From Minisyncoccia bacterium (GTDB lineage: Bacteria > Patescibacteriota > Minisyncoccia > Phycocordibacterales > UBA9973), in the NCBI GenBank assembly GCA_049287305.1, contig JBAQFO010000012.1, forward strand, positions 7,113-71,112: DNA of 64,000 nucleotides, written 5' to 3'. Position 1 is the first letter of the stretch. Each line of letters begins with the position of its first letter. The position numbers and the translations under genes are program-made. Of the stretch, positions 57,401 to 64,000 are shown piece by piece. The notes beneath the pieces are model-generated. The model saw nothing but the letters and a program-made list of their open reading frames with translations, did no database searches and had not been told where the DNA came from.

Positions 57401-58246
57401 GCTCAGGCGCAAAATCCCGCTACTCTTGCTTGGACCTCTCTTGCCTCCACTCCCAAAACACTTAACTGTCCTTCTTCCATAGACTTAACGGCCTCCGCTC
57501 CCACTCAAAATACAGCGACAATAGGCTCAGCTAAAACATTCACTTCCAACATTTCCAACGCTGGCACAAACTCAACAGGAGTTTCTTTCTACAACTCTTT
57601 GCAAGTAGCAACGGCTGCCGGTGGTGTGGGCGCAGTAAATCCTCTTATTGCGTCAACACCTTCTCCTATGACAGCTCTTACTGCCGGGACATCATCCACC
57701 GCGAGTGCTTCTTACACATTTACCGGTTCTGCGGGAACCCGTTCGGTAAGATTCTGCGCAGATAATAATACATCCATGTCGGGAACAATAACAGAGACTC
57801 CTGCTGCCAACGAAAACAACAATTGTAGCTCTTGGACAAATGTTATCGTTAGCGCCGCTTGCTCCGCCAACCAAGGCAACGCTTGCTCTTCTTCTCCTAA
57901 CTCTTGCGGGCAAGTAAGCTCAGGTGTAATTCAATGTAGTGGTAACTGCTCAGCTTCAACCCCTTCGGAAAGTAGTTGTACCGGGGGAGTGTGCACGAAT
58001 GGCTCAACAAATTATCCTACTTGTAATAATGTGTGTGCCAACGGAGCAACTAATCCACCTACCTGCGACATCAATCCTGGCGCTAATGGGGTATGTTCTC
58101 CAAATCACTACAGCTGTTCTTCTCCTACTGCAAGCACAAGCAACGTAAACGCCCCCGACAGGTGGACATGGATATGTCCCGGGATAAGCGGGACAAACGC
58201 TTCGTGTTCCGAACTCAAAAAGAAGCCCATCTTTATTGAAGATTAA
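54446..58246 (+). CDS. Giant secreted Thr/Ser/Gly-rich surface protein with CARDB-like repeats and Cys-rich C-terminus
   Basis: Signal peptide. Three roughly 55-aa Cys-pair repeats (DSNGYDxDC), then three roughly 120-aa CARDB-like repeats (YVDLTASTPTPTTA...ENNNCSAW) that are nearly identical at the DNA level. C-terminal region with about 20 Cys. Confidence 0.8.
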   Translation: MCMSKKSIVRFYLRPVFYVFLVTVALVLTFTMFVPASASAATLSIQLSDSACGGTRAGSAATASASGTASDWSGYAIDSNGYDADCAKVDMAGITESMDFRVGIQLTDGDAGCSSSEAGTSRLSPWASTGGGYTAWASDSNSYDPDCAQVYLETRPAPDGAAIKNASVQLQASDNACSSQLGSSVAGAWVTDSNGYDFDCLRLKVVADVVPLGTVTVQTQAFDKDGNLITSKPAVSWTISGPPGAPNCNGTNLTEKTCERMPYGSYAFNPDGVDETIGTKTYEFIGVVTPQTLGTTSPPAGACPSGQANPHLEYNSSGSCGSVNSCGASECSVGGGGGNGGGMDQQLNFLPRSSIFSVIKSFFVTKKASALLAEGGYCQIPTGSEGGSCGSSQATCFSPCTWYEPGDGGGDPLPTPPPPNDPPPTPVQIFFTIQYKEKAVVTPTASCTVSPASPMANGTNPTITFTTNSSSNYCYVRNDNLPSTGNPALPGSNFPSVAAQPLQLSGGSDIYSPGALSAGIHNGTIYCQTTSGTTITEPNSGWQSCQYTVSASATYDVLGTHNSGGTITSTNPRTNIAAGASTTFTLSPTGTNVVDKTDVSSTSTSCVLNTSGWSGNTYTTGAINADCTYSFSFKSGVVSPVPYVDLTASTPTPTTAAIGTPVTFSSAISNDGTASTGASFYNLFQVATATNGGGTITSLTPALSTTTLNAGTTRSVNSPSYTFTGSAGTRSVRACADKNSVAGTGTISEASPGSENNNCSAWRNVLVGSSYVDLTASTPTPTTATVGVAQTFTSTITNSGTVSTGAGFANLFQTSTLANGGGIVTDYLVSPNMSSLLAGTNAPATKSITFSSAGTIYMRACADKNSATGTGTISEVSPGSENNNCSAWVAITLIPQGTIAGTHDQYSGTVASSSQCHADGWAAYSTDKALDLNVRILSDGVSVATGVAGTYRADLQAAGVCTGGTCGFYINLAGVITPGVNHVITAQAQNPATLAWTSLASTPKTLNCPSSIDLTASAPTQNTATIGSAKTFTSNISNAGTNSTGVSFYNSLQVATAAGGVGAVNPLIASTPSPMTALTAGTSSTASASYTFTGSAGTRSVRFCADNNTSMSGTITETPAANENNNCSSWTNVIVSAACSANQGNACSSSPNSCGQVSSGVIQCSGNCSASTPSESSCTGGVCTNGSTNYPTCNNVCANGATNPPTCDINPGANGVCSPNHYSCSSPTASTSNVNAPDRWTWICPGISGTNASCSELKKKPIFIED

Positions 58247-58470
58247 AAGGATATTAAAGTTATCCACAGCAAAAAACTCGCAATTGCCTTTGCGGGTTTT
58301 TTGTGGTATACTACTAAAGACTATCATAGTTCGCGTTCGCTGTTCCTTGATTTGACTTCTGTCGCATAGTTTTTTGTGCGATGACTATTTACGTGTCGGC
58401 ATAGCTCTCTGTTCGCAAATTCACCTAACTACCCACTTCTTCGAAAGAGTGGTTTGAGGAGGAGGCTGTC

Positions 58471-59229
58471 ATGCGTCGCTTCGTTTTGCTGTTTGTGTTG
58501 TTCTCACTGCTGTCCTCCTCGGTGGAGGCAGCGAGCCGTCGACGGGCCGTGCGGTTTCCGTCTCCGGAACCTGTTGTTCCTCCAGCTCCTGCAGTCACCA
58601 CTGTTCTCACTGTGATCTACGAAGATCCGGATGGGAACGGAGTGACTAATGCATGGGTTGGAGCGCAGACACTTGGTCCGGCTCATAAAGGGGCCAAGTT
58701 TGTCCGGTCGGTCAAGAAACCGGGGGACAACGCGTTCTCTCTGCTCGGCAACACGGTCGTGGAGGCACACCAGGACGGGATGTATCGGACGTTCTGGCTC
58801 TTCTATGGCGAGGAGTTTTACGATCAACTGCCGGATGGCACCAAGCTGCCGTGGCGGCCTGGTATCGCCATCTACAAGGTGGAAGAGACTTCGCCGGAAG
58901 GATTGGTCACGGAGTCCTACACTCAGGTGCAGGTGCCGCTTCGTGCGGAACCGGTTGCCGGGTTTGGGCCGCTTCTCAAAGCTGTTCCCACAGCTGACGG
59001 AAAGCGCATCACTCTGTATGGAGTATTTGCCACCCCGCCAGTGGCCATGCTCTATCACAGAGAGGGTCCGGGGCTCTACCGGAGCCAGGAGGTGAAGGTC
59101 ATCAACAACGAGGTTCAGGTTCCGGAAGGGATGGCGGGGCAGGATTCCCCTCTGGTCGTGTGTGCGGGTTATTCCGCGGCGGATTGCAACACCGTCGAAG
59201 TGGACATCCCGAACCCTCCGAAGTTCTAA
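58471..59229 (+). CDS. Secreted protein encoded in a GC-rich insert
   Basis: GAGGAGGAGG ribosome-binding site, signal peptide MRRFVLLFVLFSLLSSSVEA. Very GC-rich by eye. Confidence 0.6.
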   Translation: MRRFVLLFVLFSLLSSSVEAASRRRAVRFPSPEPVVPPAPAVTTVLTVIYEDPDGNGVTNAWVGAQTLGPAHKGAKFVRSVKKPGDNAFSLLGNTVVEAHQDGMYRTFWLFYGEEFYDQLPDGTKLPWRPGIAIYKVEETSPEGLVTESYTQVQVPLRAEPVAGFGPLLKAVPTADGKRITLYGVFATPPVAMLYHREGPGLYRSQEVKVINNEVQVPEGMAGQDSPLVVCAGYSAADCNTVEVDIPNPPKF

Positions 59230-59322
59230 CGCACAACAATCACAACTTCACTCTGGTTGTTTTCTTGCTGGAGTGACAAGAAGTCAAACAATCATCAACC
59301 GAGTCGCAAGGCTCAATCCCCA

Positions 59323-59370
59323 GTCCTCCTGTCTCGCTTCGGCGCAGACAGGAGGACATAAGGTTTTTTA
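59323..59370 (+). terminator. Intrinsic terminator after the GC-rich secreted-protein gene
   Basis: 12-bp stem gtcctcctgtct/agacaggaggac followed by GGTTTTTT. Confidence 0.65.
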
Positions 59371-59424
59371 ATAAAGCGTTTTAATAACATCCCAAGCGGG
59401 ATTTTTTTTGTTATACTATATAAG

Positions 59425-61185
59425 ATGCAAATAAATGAAGAGCAGGTAAAAAAATTTATTTTGGATTCCGGAATTGTTTCCAAGAAAGATTTAGCGGAAG
59501 CTGTCCTTAAGGCTGAAAAACAGAAACAAAAAATCGGAAACGTTCTCCTTTCCGACGGCAAAATATCGGAAACAGACATGAGGAGGATGGAAGCTTTTGC
59601 CTTAGGTATTCCGTTTATAAATTTAAGCGACCAAAAAATAGATTTTTCGGTGCTATCTCTTATCCCGGAGCCAATTGCCCGCAATTACAATATCGTTGCC
59701 TATAAAAAAACTGAAGAAAAGTTGGAGGTGGCAATGCTAGACGTAGAAGATTTATCAGTTATTGATTTCATAAAAAAACGTTCCGGGCTGAAAATTTTAC
59801 CCCGTTTGACCGACGAAGCCTCTATCAAGGCTGTTCTCGTGCAATACCGCCAAAGCTTGAAGGCAGAGTTTCAAAACATAATACAGAAAGAGGCGAATAC
59901 GCTCAATGCTTCGGCAAAAGAAGACGGAGAAAAGCCCGCGGAAAAATCCGAATCCGAATTGAAAAAAATGGCAGAAGATTTACCAGTGGTGAAAATCGTG
60001 GACTCTCTCATATTCCACGCGATTTTACAAAACGCTTCCGACATCCACATAGAGCCGGGAGAAAAGGAGTTGACGGTGCGATACAGAATTGATGGCATTC
60101 TTCATGACGCTATGGCGCTCGATAAAGCCGCTGGGGCGGGAATAACGGCGCGTATTAAAGTTTTGTCCAACCTGAAGCTGGATGAAAAGCGTCTTCCTCA
60201 GGACGGCAGATTTAAAATAGAACAAAACGGGGAAAAAATTTCTTTTCGTGTTTCAACTCTGCCTACTTTCTTCGGAGAGAAAACGGTTATCAGAATCCTG
60301 AAAGAAACTTCTCACGGGTTTTCTCTGGAAACCCTTGGCTTTCACGGCGAGGGGCTGGAGAGAATTCATAATTCTTTAAAACAAAAAACGGGAATGGTGC
60401 TGGCCACAGGGCCAACCGGTAGCGGGAAAACAACAACGCTTTATACCATGCTTGATATTTTAAACAGGCCGGAAGTTAATATTTCCACCGTTGAAGACCC
60501 TATAGAATACCAAATGCCGCGGGTAAACCAGACCCAAGTTAAGCCTGAAATAGGGCTAACCTTCGCCAACGGCCTCCGGTCGCTTCTCCGACAAGACCCG
60601 GACATAGTCATGGTAGGAGAAATACGCGACGGCGAAACAGCTGGGCTTGCTATTAATGCCTCCCTTACTGGGCATCTGGTGCTTTCTACTATCCACACCA
60701 ACTCAGCAGCGGGTGCAATTCCCAGGATGCGGGATATGGGAGTGGAGCCATTTCTTATAACAGCTACGGTCAAGACAATAATAGCTCAAAGATTGGTGAG
60801 AAGGCTTACCCCGACTAAAGAAAAGTATTTTTTGTCGCCTGCTGAGTTGGCTAATTTGAAAAAAATAGTGGACATGGACCGGGTTCTTGGATTTTTGAAA
60901 GATGAAAAAATAGTGGGAGCCGATGACGGCTGGGATAAAATTCCTTTTTATAAGCCTGTGCCTTCCAGCGAATTTGAGGAAGGATATTCCAGCCGAACGG
61001 GTATGCACGAAGTTCTTAAAGTTACTTCCACTATCAAAGATATGATAATCAAAGGAAGCTCTCAAGACGAAATTGAAGCTCAGGCGAAAAAAGAAGGAAT
61101 GATGACCATGATAGAAGACGGCGTTTACCAATCCGTGCTCGGGGTCACTACCTTGGAAGAAGTGTTTAGGGTTGTTTCCGAATAA
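59425..61185 (+). CDS. pilB: Type IV pilus assembly ATPase PilB (GspE family)
   Basis: Walker A GPTGSGKTTT plus the GspE N-terminal domain. Confidence 0.9.
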   Translation: MQINEEQVKKFILDSGIVSKKDLAEAVLKAEKQKQKIGNVLLSDGKISETDMRRMEAFALGIPFINLSDQKIDFSVLSLIPEPIARNYNIVAYKKTEEKLEVAMLDVEDLSVIDFIKKRSGLKILPRLTDEASIKAVLVQYRQSLKAEFQNIIQKEANTLNASAKEDGEKPAEKSESELKKMAEDLPVVKIVDSLIFHAILQNASDIHIEPGEKELTVRYRIDGILHDAMALDKAAGAGITARIKVLSNLKLDEKRLPQDGRFKIEQNGEKISFRVSTLPTFFGEKTVIRILKETSHGFSLETLGFHGEGLERIHNSLKQKTGMVLATGPTGSGKTTTLYTMLDILNRPEVNISTVEDPIEYQMPRVNQTQVKPEIGLTFANGLRSLLRQDPDIVMVGEIRDGETAGLAINASLTGHLVLSTIHTNSAAGAIPRMRDMGVEPFLITATVKTIIAQRLVRRLTPTKEKYFLSPAELANLKKIVDMDRVLGFLKDEKIVGADDGWDKIPFYKPVPSSEFEEGYSSRTGMHEVLKVTSTIKDMIIKGSSQDEIEAQAKKEGMMTMIEDGVYQSVLGVTTLEEVFRVVSE

Positions 61186-61207
61186 TTTGGCTTTGTTTTT
61201 TATAAAA

Positions 61208-62425
61208 ATGATTTTTTCTTACAGCGCAAAATCAAAAACAGGAGAGATGTTGGAGGGGGTCGTGGATTTTCCGGACCGTTTTTCGGCGATGCGGGATTTG
61301 CGTTCCAAGGGGTATACCCCCATTTCGGTTACCGAGAAGGGGGGAGGCTTGGAGGACAAATTTGCTTTCATGCAGGATATTTTTTCCAAAGTAAGCGTTA
61401 GCGAGCAAATTATTATGACGAAAAACTTAAGCGGAATGATAAAAGCGGGGCTTTCTCTGTCGCGGGCTCTTTCCGTATTAAAAAAACAGACAAAAAATCC
61501 GAAACTTAGTGAAATTTTAGTTTCTGTTTCCAATGATATTAATTCCGGAGAAACTTTTTCTTCAGCTCTTGCGAAGTTTCCAAAAGTTTTTTCAAAACTA
61601 TTTACTTCCATGGTTCGGGCGGGGGAAGAGTCGGGAAATTTGTCTGGCGCGCTTTCGGATATCGGAATAAACTTGGAGAAGTCACACTCTTTAACGAAAA
61701 AAGTCAGAGGCGCCCTTATTTATCCGGGGGTGATAATGTCGGCGATGGTGGTTGTGGGAGTGCTTATGTTCGCTTTCGTTGTCCCAACCCTGGCCGGCAC
61801 ATTTAAAGAGCTTGGTGTTGTCCTGCCTATGTCTACCCGGCTTATAATATTCGTTGGGAACTTTTTCTCCAATAATCTTATTTTGACTTTTGTTATTTTA
61901 ATTGCCGCCGCCTCTTCTCTGTTCTTTTTATTTCGGGCGAAATTTATGGCAAGATACATAGATTTTGTCGTTATGAGAATCCCGGTGATTGGCCGCTTGG
62001 CTCAGGAAATTAACACCGCCCGAACGGCTCGAACTATTTCTTCTCTTTTGTCGTCAGGGGTTTCTATAGTTCGGGCGGTGGAAATTACGGAAGAAGTTGT
62101 CCAAAATGTTTTTTATAAAAAAGTTTTGAGAGACGCCAGGGAGGGGATTGAAAAAGGAGCCCCCTTTTCCAAGGTCTTTGAAGAAAACACCAAGCTCTAC
62201 CCCGTGATGATGGCGGAAATGGTCGCGGTGGGAGAGGAGACGGGAAAGCTCTCAGATATGCTTTTGCAAATTGCTCTTTTTTACGAGGAAGAAATTGAAA
62301 ACAAAACAAAAAATCTTTCTACAATCATTGAGCCAATATTGATGATTTTTATCGGTGCTGGGGTCGGATTCTTCGCCATATCAATGATATCTCCTCTTTA
62401 TTCTATCTTGGGGAATATTAATTAA
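61208..62425 (+). CDS. pilC: Type IV pilus platform protein PilC (GspF family)
   Basis: Two GspF repeats. Start taken at the internal MIFSYSAKSKTGE codon, which matches the usual PilC N-terminus; the track start at 61172 overlaps pilB. Confidence 0.85.
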   Translation: MIFSYSAKSKTGEMLEGVVDFPDRFSAMRDLRSKGYTPISVTEKGGGLEDKFAFMQDIFSKVSVSEQIIMTKNLSGMIKAGLSLSRALSVLKKQTKNPKLSEILVSVSNDINSGETFSSALAKFPKVFSKLFTSMVRAGEESGNLSGALSDIGINLEKSHSLTKKVRGALIYPGVIMSAMVVVGVLMFAFVVPTLAGTFKELGVVLPMSTRLIIFVGNFFSNNLILTFVILIAAASSLFFLFRAKFMARYIDFVVMRIPVIGRLAQEINTARTARTISSLLSSGVSIVRAVEITEEVVQNVFYKKVLRDAREGIEKGAPFSKVFEENTKLYPVMMAEMVAVGEETGKLSDMLLQIALFYEEEIENKTKNLSTIIEPILMIFIGAGVGFFAISMISPLYSILGNIN

Positions 62426-62480
62426 TACTTATCCCCATATCTTATTTTGATGGTTAACCTTAAGTTGTATAATTAAGTTA

Positions 62481-64000
62481 ATGCTTATAACTAAACAATC
62501 CGTCTTCTTTTTTATTATATTTATTTTTGTATCAAGTATTTTTTTACCAACATTTGTTCGTGCAGAAACTTACATAGGTGACATTAGTATAAATAGTACG
62601 GGAGGAGGTAACTGTGCTCTTGTTGGTGTTTGGGATGATTTAGACAAAACCTGCACGCTAACTAAAGATCTTTCAGGACCATTAAATATTGGCTCCACTG
62701 GCATTACTCTTGATGGTGCTGGACATACTGTTTCAAGAAATGTTCAGGCTCCTTTCTTCCAAAGATTGGGAATAACCGTAAGCGGATCTAATGCAGTTAT
62801 CAAAAATATAAACGTTGAAAGTTTTTCCAGCTGTCTAGTTTTTAATGGCGGTACAACAAATAGTCGAGTTGAAAACTCTGCTTTTTCTTATTGTGGTAGT
62901 CACGGAATCTATCTTTTCAGCTCTTCGGGAGGGCACACGTTTTTAAATAATAATTTTACTAAAAATTTTCTTGGAATTTTTGTAAACTCACCGAACAACA
63001 CAATTGAAGGGAATGCATTTTCTGCAAACAATACTTATGGGGTAAGAACATATTTTGTTTCAAATAATACTATTAAAAACAATATTTTCTCTGACAATGG
63101 GTTTGGTTTGCGGATGGAATATGGTATTGGAAATAAAGTTACTGATAACACAATACAAAACAGTCGCTCAAACGGAGTGTACGCATTTTCTTCTACTCAA
63201 AATCAAAATTACATTGTAAATAATAATTTTATTAATAATGGAGATGGGCAAGTTAGCTGGAATGATTTAAATCAGTATTATGATGCGATGCCCGTGGGGG
63301 GTAATTATTGGAGTGATTATGATGCGCCGAGCGAGGGGTGTGCAGATTTAAATTCTGACAGTATTTGTGATGGACCAAGATATTTCAACATTTATAACCA
63401 TACATACGGAGATTTTAATCCATGGGTCAGGCGCGATGGATGGAAAACTTCCCCTCCTACTTGTTTTGATGGAATACAAAACCAAGATGAAACCGACGTT
63501 GATGTGGGCGGAGTATGTAAAATTCTCAGCTCAGAAAAATCAGTCATTTCATTTAGTTTTGAAAGCTTAACACCAAGTGTTGCCGGTGTTGTTAATGAAA
63601 CTGATCACACTATTTCTGCGACTGTTCCATTTGGTACCGATGTCACAGCCCTTATTCCAAGTATAGTTATTTCTACGGGAGCATCTATTGGCCCCAGTGA
63701 TAATTTAGCTCAAGATTTTAGCAGTCCTGTTGCTTATACAGTTACGGCAGAGGATAAATCAACTCAAGCATATACAGTTACAGTAACTCCTTCCTGTGTC
63801 GTGGACTGTTTTTCAAGCGTGCTTTTCTTGCCAGGACTTGAGGCAAGCAGATTATATACACCGAGAACAGATGGAAGCGAAGACCAGCTTTGGGAGCCCA
63901 ATGGCAATAGCGACGTGGAAGACTTATATTTAAATACCGACGGGGGGAGTAGGAATTCCAATATTTATACCCGCGATATTATAAAAGAGACCAATACGCC
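62481..64000 (+). CDS. Secreted right-handed parallel beta-helix repeat protein, 3' end beyond window (partial)
   Basis: Own translation from ATG 62481 is stop-free to the window end (506 codons): MLITKQSVFFFIIFIFVSSIFLPTFVRA signal peptide, then PbH1-type repeats (NNNFTKNFLGIFVNSPNNTIEGNAFSANNTYGVRTYFVSNNTIKNNIFSDNGFGL...). An extended -10 element TGTATAAT lies upstream. Not in the ORF track because there is no stop in the window. Confidence 0.7.
   Translation, partial: MLITKQSVFFFIIFIFVSSIFLPTFVRAETYIGDISINSTGGGNCALVGVWDDLDKTCTLTKDLSGPLNIGSTGITLDGAGHTVSRNVQAPFFQRLGITVSGSNAVIKNINVESFSSCLVFNGGTTNSRVENSAFSYCGSHGIYLFSSSGGHTFLNNNFTKNFLGIFVNSPNNTIEGNAFSANNTYGVRTYFVSNNTIKNNIFSDNGFGLRMEYGIGNKVTDNTIQNSRSNGVYAFSSTQNQNYIVNNNFINNGDGQVSWNDLNQYYDAMPVGGNYWSDYDAPSEGCADLNSDSICDGPRYFNIYNHTYGDFNPWVRRDGWKTSPPTCFDGIQNQDETDVDVGGVCKILSSEKSVISFSFESLTPSVAGVVNETDHTISATVPFGTDVTALIPSIVISTGASIGPSDNLAQDFSSPVAYTVTAEDKSTQAYTVTVTPSCVVDCFSSVLFLPGLEASRLYTPRTDGSEDQLWEPNGNSDVEDLYLNTDGGSRNSNIYTRDIIKETNT

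Noticed and set aside
58504-59058. 184-aa minus-strand ORF antisense to the GC-rich secreted-protein gene
   Set aside because: Same reasoning. The plus-strand gene has a strong SD, a signal peptide and a terminator, whereas the antisense frame has none and is Arg-rich.

Overview
The window is AT-rich, gene-dense bacterial chromosome. It looks like a small-genome Candidate Phyla Radiation/Patescibacteria-type organism, but that is an inference from low GC, weak Shine-Dalgarno use, short overlapping housekeeping genes, a type IV pilus locus and a giant repeat-rich surface protein.

Ordinary content I could support:
- Housekeeping genes: ksgA, uvrD/pcrA, cca, murI, xth, xerC/D, rpsO, pnp, metK, lexA, hup, rny, clpP, a pyrC-carA-carB-pyrB cluster, tig, ppa, nusA, pilB and pilC.
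- Four tRNAs: Pro-TGG, Gly-TCC, Gly-GCC and Arg-TCG.

Observations worth a second look:
- A three-gene minus-strand operon (17487-22049) in which two paralogous Cys-rich proteins flank a PLP fold-type-II enzyme (ENPTGTHKDR motif). Both paralogs carry the same double zinc-ribbon module at each end and heptad-like Cys/Ser/Asn repeats in between. I do not recognise the family.
- Several short GC-rich islands inside the AT-rich background, each carrying strong AGGAGG-type ribosome-binding sites, secreted or membrane proteins and their own intrinsic terminators:
  - one containing a lytic transglycosylase gene;
  - a 1.9 kb island with tandem small paralogous genes, each preceded by a conserved long hairpin element;
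  - an island with a secreted protein between the giant adhesin-like gene and pilB;
  - patches containing small single-TM ORFs.
- A 20-nt direct repeat of the tRNA-Gly 3' end about 110 bp downstream of the tRNA, which looks like an att-site remnant.
- A cluster of GTTTCACRTG(T/G)AAC motifs around and inside cca.
- A perfect Cheo-type LexA box inside a consensus promoter driving a small ORF plus lexA.
- A roughly 60-nt conserved core present twice, each copy enclosed by a long inverted repeat.
- Two real ORFs missed by the six-frame track because they run off the window edges (1..776 minus strand, 62481..64000 plus strand).
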